This document shows, in pieces, positions 59,404 through 64,000 of a DNA stretch of 64,000 bases. This stretch comes from an uncultured Rikenellaceae bacterium. Its GTDB lineage: Bacteria; Bacteroidota; Bacteroidia; Bacteroidales; VadinHA17. Each line of letters begins with the position of its first letter. The first letter of the stretch is position 1. The stretch spans positions 30,847 through 94,846 of the forward strand of contig CAZXAM010000005.1 in the NCBI GenBank assembly GCA_964638545.1, read 5' to 3'. Made by a program: the position numbers and the translations under genes. The notes below the pieces were generated by a model. That model searched no databases and had not been told where the DNA came from. It was given only the letters and a program-made list of their open reading frames with translations.

Positions 59404-59870
59404 TACTCTTCGGCACCGTTAATTGTTCCACCCATTAGTTTTTCGGCCAGATCGGCGAAATCATTTGCCGGAAGTCCGATCGTTTCATAAACATCTGCAG
59501 ACCAGATTTCGATCCTGCCATCCTGACCTGCAAGCACCACATCCCTTTGCGCGCCAATCAGATCGAGAAGCCTTTTGGGAATAAGCATCCTGTTATTGTT
59601 GTCGAGCGACAGTTCGGCTGTTCCCTTGAAAAAGTTCCTGAGGAATCTGTTGTGCTCCCTGTTATAGGGATTGATCCTTTTCCTGATCTTCTCCAGCTGC
59701 CGGTTCCAGTCTTCAATGGAATAGAGTACCAGGCAGTTTTCGAATATATCCTTCCTAACCACAAAATGGTCACGTGCATCGGCAGGCATCTGCTTTTTGA
59801 AAGCCATTGGAAGGATGATCCTTCCCTTGACATCCACCTTGCACGTATAATCGCCAATAAATGTGGCCAT
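59403..59870 (-). CDS. mraZ: division/cell wall cluster transcriptional regulator MraZ
   Basis: A 155-aa ORF with two SpoVT/AbrB-like repeats, each with a D.KGR...P motif (DVKGRIILPMAF and NNNRMLIPKRL). It is the first gene of the dcw cluster. Confidence 0.9.
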   Translation of the reverse strand: MATFIGDYTCKVDVKGRIILPMAFKKQMPADARDHFVVRKDIFENCLVLYSIEDWNRQLEKIRKRINPYNREHNRFLRNFFKGTAELSLDNNNRMLIPKRLLDLIGAQRDVVLAGQDGRIEIWSADVYETIGLPANDFADLAEKLMGGTINGAEE

Positions 59871-59912
59871 AAAGACTTTTTTTCAATAAAACGCTAAAAT
59901 AAAGAAAAATAT

Positions 59913-59939
59913 CCACTTTGCTCCACTTTGCTCCACTTT
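59913..59939 (-). promoter_or_regulatory. putative MraZ operator: three direct AAAGTGG boxes at 10-bp periodicity
   Basis: The minus strand reads AAAGTGG-AGC-AAAGTGG-AGC-AAAGTGG, 43-69 nt upstream of the mraZ ATG. GTGG-core direct repeats with 10-bp spacing are the known MraZ binding architecture. Confidence 0.7.
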
Positions 59940-60045
59940 TTTTCCTTTTTTGTTGAAAACTTTTAGGAGGGGGTATAAACCCATCCACGCAGGCATTCTT
60001 AATCTCAGCCTTGTTGTTCTCATGCACTCACTCCCTACCCTTATT

Positions 60046-60100
60046 CACATTAACACGCACTCATCCCCCCAGCTCCCTTCCACAGGCTGGCTCCTCCCTA
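60046..60100. repeat. left arm of imperfect inverted repeat
   Basis: It contains CAGGCTGGCTCC (60083-60094), which is perfectly complementary to 60399-60410. The flanks align imperfectly with the right arm (shared GGGGG-TGAGT-GCGT blocks). Confidence 0.6.
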
Positions 60101-60390
60101 AAATTGCCCACAGGGCAATTTCTTAACGGTCGGCCCTTCTGGTAAACCAAAGAAGGGGGAGTATATCATTGTATATAAAACAATTCCCCCTCTTTGCTTC
60201 AGCAGAGAGGGGGCCGAGCGTAAAAGAGGCTGTCTCAAAAGCTGTTCTTCACCCCCCAACCCCCCCTCGCCTTCGCGTAGCCGCTTCGGCGGAGCAAGGC
60301 AAGGGGGGCTTGCCAAATATCTGTAAATCAATAAGTCCCCCCTGGGGGATTTAGGGGTATCAGATAAAGGAAGGGTTTTTGAGACACCCT

Positions 60391-60450
60391 CTAGCGAAGG
60401 AGCCAGCCTGCGGGGTTGTAAGAAGGGGGTGAGTAAATGCGTACTTTGTG
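60391..60450. repeat. right arm of imperfect inverted repeat
   Basis: It contains GGAGCCAGCCTG (60399-60410), complementary to 60083-60094. Confidence 0.6.
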
Positions 60451-60459
60451 GAAAATCTT

Positions 60460-60467
60460 TAAATTTG
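60460..60467 (+). promoter_or_regulatory. candidate -7 box (TAAATTTG) for the acyltransferase gene pair
   Basis: It matches TAnnTTTG, 27 nt upstream of the ATG at 60494. Confidence 0.4.
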
Positions 60468-60493
60468 CGTTTCTCATTTAAACCAAGATCCCG

Positions 60494-61339
60494 ATGGACC
60501 AGCCATCAGAAAAGAAAGAACTGTTTCAGATTGATGTTGAGAACGTCCTCCGGTCAAAAAACCCGTCTCTTGCAAAAGCAATTCCCTCATTTGCGATAAA
60601 CTACCTGAGGAGGATAATCCATCAGGATGACATTAATACCATACTTAAGAATTTCGGGCACCTTAGGGATGTCGGCTTCATCGGACCAACGCTCGACTTC
60701 ATGGGGATCTCCTACAAAGCTTTTGGTGTCGAAAATCTACCGGAGAAGGGCAGGTTCTTTTTTGTGTCCAACCATCCGCTCGGAGGTCTTGACGGGCTTG
60801 TATTCATGAATGAACTTGGTAAATATTACAGGAACATCAAATTTCCTGTAAACGACCTTCTGATGAATCTGGAAAATTTATCCGGTATATTCCTTCCGAT
60901 AAACAAACACGGAAGCCAGGCCAAGGATGCAATAAGAAAACTTGAGGAAACGTATGCCTCTGACAGTCAGATATTATATTTTCCTGCGGGACTCTGCTCA
61001 CGCAAGAAAAATGGAATAATAAAAGACACTGTGTGGCATAAAAGCTTTATAACCAAGGCTATACAGCACAAAAGAGATGTAATTCCTGCATTTTTCTCAG
61101 GACGTAACTCAAATTTCTTCTATAATCTTTCCAATTTCCGGAAACTTTTAGGGATCAAAGCCAACATCGAAATGCTCTACCTGCCCGACGAGATGTTCAG
61201 GCAAAAACAGAAAGATATTTACCTCGCATTCGGGAAACCTATCCCGTGGCAGGTATTTGACAGCTCAAAATCGCCGGTCGAATGGGCCGAATGGGTAAAA
61301 TCAAAATCATATGAACTTGAATCACTTATTAAAAAATAA
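60494..61339 (+). CDS. lysophospholipid/1-acyl-glycerol-3-phosphate-type O-acyltransferase (OlsA/GlsA-like)
   Basis: A 281-aa ORF with an acyltransferase motif-I-like block FFFVSNHPLGGLDG and FPAGLCSRK (motif III-like). It is paired with an OlsB-like gene downstream. Confidence 0.7.
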   Translation: MDQPSEKKELFQIDVENVLRSKNPSLAKAIPSFAINYLRRIIHQDDINTILKNFGHLRDVGFIGPTLDFMGISYKAFGVENLPEKGRFFFVSNHPLGGLDGLVFMNELGKYYRNIKFPVNDLLMNLENLSGIFLPINKHGSQAKDAIRKLEETYASDSQILYFPAGLCSRKKNGIIKDTVWHKSFITKAIQHKRDVIPAFFSGRNSNFFYNLSNFRKLLGIKANIEMLYLPDEMFRQKQKDIYLAFGKPIPWQVFDSSKSPVEWAEWVKSKSYELESLIKK

Positions 61340-61407
61340 TAGCGGAATAAAAAAAAGAGTAAATTGCATCTGACTATTTCTTGAAGATATTCGATAACCC
61401 AAACCTG

Positions 61408-62373
61408 ATGGACTTACAACCGATTGTTCCCAGGCAGCCGCTTGAGAAAATAATGGCTGAGCTCACGCCCGATAAACTTTTGCGCAGAACCAACAACAGC
61501 GACAATGAAGTCTATGTTTTTGACTATAAAAGTTCACCGGTCCTCATGCAGGAGGTAGGCAGGGTAAGGGAGTTAACTTTTCGTCACGCAGGAGGCGGGA
61601 CGGGCCATTCGATCGATCTGGATGATTTTGACACTGCAGCTGAAGATCCTCAGAAACAGCTTATTGTCTGGGATCCGGAAAACAGGGAAATTGTTGGCGG
61701 CTACCGTTTTTATTTTCCTCCCAAGGGATGTATTAACTGCGACGTTTCAAAGCTGGCATCTTCATCCTATTTTAAATTCTCTGAGAAATTCATGGTAAAA
61801 TACTTTCCTCACATGATGGAGCTGGGAAGGTCGTTTGTCTGCCCTGAATACCAGTCGAAGGCCATGGGACGCAAAAGCCTGTTTGCGCTCGACAATATCT
61901 GGGACGGATTGGGTGCGCTCTTCATTGAGAATCACCATATCAGGTATCTTTTCGGTAAAGTCACCATGTATCCCCATTTTAACAAGAATGCGAGGAATAT
62001 GATACTATATTTTCTCACTAAGCATTTTGGAGATCCTGAGGACCTTGTTGTCCCGATGGATCCCGCGAATATCGATCTTAACGAGGAGGAGATGAAAAAG
62101 CTTTTCAGAAGCTGGAGATACAAGGAAGATTACAAGACACTGTCGGCACAGGTCAGAAATCTCGGTGAATCAATCCCTCCCCTGATAAATGCTTATATGA
62201 ATCTCTCACCCACCATGCGCACTTTCGGCACTTTCATTAATCATCATTTTGGAAATGTTGAAGAAACCGGCATAATGATAACCCTGAGGGATATATACAT
62301 CGAAAAGATAAACAGGCATCTTGCATCCTATAAAAAGGATTTTCTCATCCCATGGTTCATGCGTGAGCATTAA
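61408..62373 (+). CDS. OlsB/GlsB-like N-acyltransferase (GNAT-fold, 'hemolysin'-annotated family) for N-acyl amino-acid lipids
   Basis: It has the motif RVRELTFRHAGGGTG.S.DLDDFD, typical of ornithine/glycine-lipid N-acyltransferases. The ORF track starts at TTG 61381; the ATG at 61408 (MDLQPIVP...) seems more likely. Confidence 0.7.
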   Translation: MDLQPIVPRQPLEKIMAELTPDKLLRRTNNSDNEVYVFDYKSSPVLMQEVGRVRELTFRHAGGGTGHSIDLDDFDTAAEDPQKQLIVWDPENREIVGGYRFYFPPKGCINCDVSKLASSSYFKFSEKFMVKYFPHMMELGRSFVCPEYQSKAMGRKSLFALDNIWDGLGALFIENHHIRYLFGKVTMYPHFNKNARNMILYFLTKHFGDPEDLVVPMDPANIDLNEEEMKKLFRSWRYKEDYKTLSAQVRNLGESIPPLINAYMNLSPTMRTFGTFINHHFGNVEETGIMITLRDIYIEKINRHLASYKKDFLIPWFMREH

Positions 62374-64000
62374 TAAGCTCTTACATTTTTCCCCTCAATA
62401 TAGTTTATGAAAGACTGGTTGGCAACCCTGTTGCCACCTGGGGTTGGGTAGTTTCCGGTAAAATACCAGTCACCCGTATGTTCGGGACATGCCTGGTGAA
62501 GCCCTTCAATAGACTGGAATACTATTTCAATCTCCGATTTTATCTCCTCAGATCTGAGCATCGAAGATATTTTTCTTGAGATCTCATCAGGACAGAATGG
62601 TTTGTAAATTTCCCTGACAAGGTTCCTTATCTCGCTTACAGGTTTCTTATTTTCAGCTTCAGCTTCTTTATAAATCTCCCTGATGATCGATGCCCTGCCT
62701 GTATCGTTCAGAAGCTCAATAGCAGCGCGGAAAGCAATCAGGTCCCCCAGCTTTGCCATATCAATGCCATAGCAATCAGGATATCTTAGCTGAGGTGATG
62801 ATGAAACTATCACAATCTTTTTCGGATCGAGCCTGTCAAGTATCCTGATAATGCTTTTTTTAAGTGTTGTTCCCCTCACTATTGAGTCGTCGATCACCAC
62901 GAGGTTATCAACACCTCTTTTGATGACTCCGTATGTAACGTCGTATACATGCCCGACAAGGTCATCCCTTCCGCGATCTCCTGTAATGAAAGTTCTCAGC
63001 TTCGCATCCTTTACTGCGATCTTTTCAACCCGCGGTCTCCTGTCTATTATTTCTGCAAGCTCCGATTTATTAAGCAATCTTGAACTGTTGATGATCGTTT
63101 CAGTCTTCCACCTGTTAAGGTAATCCTCAACTCCCTTTATAAGGCCATAAAAGGCACTCTCAGCAGTATTTGGAATGTATGAAAAAACCGTATGGTCAAG
63201 ATCATGATCTACTGCTTTCAGAACGGCGTCAGTCAGAAGTTCTCCGAGTTTCTTTCTTTCGCGGTAGATAGCCTTGTCTGTTCCGCGGGAGAAATATATC
63301 CTTTCGAATGAGCACTTCCTGGTTTCTGCATCATCTTTCAGCCGTTCCACCGATACTTCTCCTGAAGCTTTTATTATCAGGGCATGTGCAGGAGGAAGCT
63401 CACGGACATTGTCAGTCCTGATATTGAAGATCGTCTGAATCACAGGTCTTTCGGATGCAACCACAACAACTTCATCATCTATATAGTAGAAGGCCGGCCG
63501 GATCCCGCATGGGTCACGCATCACAAAAGCATCGCCATGACCTACCATTCCTGCCATTGCATATCCGCCGTCCCAGTTGCGGCATGCCTTTGAGAGGACT
63601 GTAGCAAGATCAAGGTTTTTCTCGATTAACGGAGATATTTCCATTTTGGAATAACCCTGGTCCTTGAACTGTCTGAAGAGTCTTTCATTTTCCTCATCGA
63701 GCCTGTGCCCTACATTTTCAAGAATAGTTACTGTATCTGAAAAATCGACAGGATTCTGTCCCAGATCTATGAGGTGATTAAACACTTCCCCCACATTCGT
63801 AAGGTTAAAATTGCCGGCCATAACCAGGTTCCTTGATCTCCAGTTATTTTCCCGGCTCACGGGGTGGACATAATCGATCTTATAATTGCCGTAGGTACCG
63901 TATCGGAGGTGTCCCAGGTAAACATCACAGGCAAATGGTATTTTTTCTTTTACAAATTTCGGATTATACGATTCATCCTTTCTGTTCCCGGTTATCCTTT
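62370..64000 (-). CDS. purF: amidophosphoribosyltransferase (N-terminal end runs off the window)
   Basis: The track ORF starts at an internal GTG (63860). My translation stays open upstream to base 64000 (...GHLRYGTYGNYKIDYVHPVSRENNW...). The PRT motif is VVIDDSIVRGTTLKK. The 3' end overlaps the convergent gene by 4 nt. Confidence 0.85.
   Translation of the reverse strand, partial: RITGNRKDESYNPKFVKEKIPFACDVYLGHLRYGTYGNYKIDYVHPVSRENNWRSRNLVMAGNFNLTNVGEVFNHLIDLGQNPVDFSDTVTILENVGHRLDEENERLFRQFKDQGYSKMEISPLIEKNLDLATVLSKACRNWDGGYAMAGMVGHGDAFVMRDPCGIRPAFYYIDDEVVVVASERPVIQTIFNIRTDNVRELPPAHALIIKASGEVSVERLKDDAETRKCSFERIYFSRGTDKAIYRERKKLGELLTDAVLKAVDHDLDHTVFSYIPNTAESAFYGLIKGVEDYLNRWKTETIINSSRLLNKSELAEIIDRRPRVEKIAVKDAKLRTFITGDRGRDDLVGHVYDVTYGVIKRGVDNLVVIDDSIVRGTTLKKSIIRILDRLDPKKIVIVSSSPQLRYPDCYGIDMAKLGDLIAFRAAIELLNDTGRASIIREIYKEAEAENKKPVSEIRNLVREIYKPFCPDEISRKISSMLRSEEIKSEIEIVFQSIEGLHQACPEHTGDWYFTGNYPTPGGNRVANQSFINYIEGKNVRAY

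Larger units (their letters stand above)
60046..60450. other. non-coding, G/C-run-rich, hairpin-dense island bounded by inverted repeats (MITE-like element or structured ncRNA candidate)
   Basis: Local hairpins seen by eye: AATTGCCC-ACA-GGGCAATT (60102-60120), CCTTCT-N10-AGAAGG (60135-60156), and AGGGGGA/TCCCCCT (60154-60160 with 60185-60191). Further ones are CCGC-TTCG-GCGG (60281-60292), GGCAAG-GGGGG-CTTGCC (60298-60314) and TCCCC-CCTG-GGGGA (60336-60349). Only short, mutually overlapping low-complexity ORFs are present. Confidence 0.5.

Noticed and set aside
59913-59942. Three tandem 10-bp repeats (CCACTTTGCT x2 plus CCACTTTTTT), considered as a possible mini CRISPR or VNTR.
   Set aside because: The units are far too short and have no spacers, so this is not a CRISPR array. 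Their position and their GTGG core fit an MraZ operator instead.
60064-60080. ATCCCCCCAGCTCC resembles the acceptor/T-arm 3' end of tmRNA (…CCCCCAGCTCCACCA), which hinted at an ssrA remnant or an integrase att site.
   Set aside because: There is no complementary GGGGG T-stem upstream and no ACCA tail (the sequence continues CTTCCACAGG). There is no tag-peptide reading frame and no integrase nearby. The resemblance is probably coincidental within a C-run.
60098-60354. Two overlapping ORFs in the track (77 aa on the minus strand at 60098..60331 and 61 aa on the plus strand at 60169..60354) inside the G/C-run island.
   Set aside because: They overlap each other on opposite strands. They are dominated by Pro/Gly/Leu low complexity generated by the C/G runs. 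They have no upstream -7 box or sensible start context. I treated them as translation artefacts of a non-coding element.

Overview
This window looks like a compact stretch of core chromosome from a member of the Bacteroidota. Supporting signs are a fused secDF, T9SS PorP/SprF plus a type-B C-terminal sorting domain, recurrent TAnnTTTG -7 promoter boxes, and a dcw cluster without murF or ddl. I support about 46 protein genes by reading the sequence and ORF track.

Gene content, in order:
- secDF, cut by the window start and therefore absent from the ORF track.
- A TolC / MacB-type permease / HlyD efflux triad.
- glmM, an rluB-type pseudouridine synthase, era and der.
- An accessory-looking minus-strand block (12.5-27.5 kb): rlmH, an orphan 1205-aa histidine kinase, a 1413-aa T9SS type-B adhesin, PorP/SprF, a PD40+PKD protein, a 332-aa unknown, and a beta-propeller sensor fused to a SpoIIE/PP2C phosphatase.
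- nadC, yihY/brkB, a glutamine-synthetase family gene, valS, an M28 peptidase, an aminotransferase, namZ-like DUF1343, a LolE-like permease, mltF and a putative porin.
- A complete dcw cluster: mraZ-rsmH-ftsL-ftsI-murE-mraY-murD-ftsW-murG-murC-ftsQ-ftsA-ftsZ.
- An OlsA/OlsB-like N-acyl-amino-acid lipid gene pair and a 5'-truncated purF.

I saw no rRNA, tRNA or CRISPR array, and no recognisable defence, toxin-antitoxin or prophage module.

The items most worth a second look:
1. A ~0.4 kb G/C-run-rich, hairpin-dense non-coding island bounded by ~55-nt imperfect inverted repeats. It sits in the only large intergenic gap, upstream of mraZ.
2. A REPtron-like unit at the 3' end of ftsZ: an HUH/Y1 RayT-like transposase flanked by inverted copies of a 30-nt hairpin repeat.
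3. A textbook-looking triple AAAGTGG 10-bp-periodic MraZ operator.
4. The sensor-flanked T9SS adhesin block.

All family assignments come from motif recognition by eye, not from database searches. I do not see clear evidence of a wholly new multi-gene system here.
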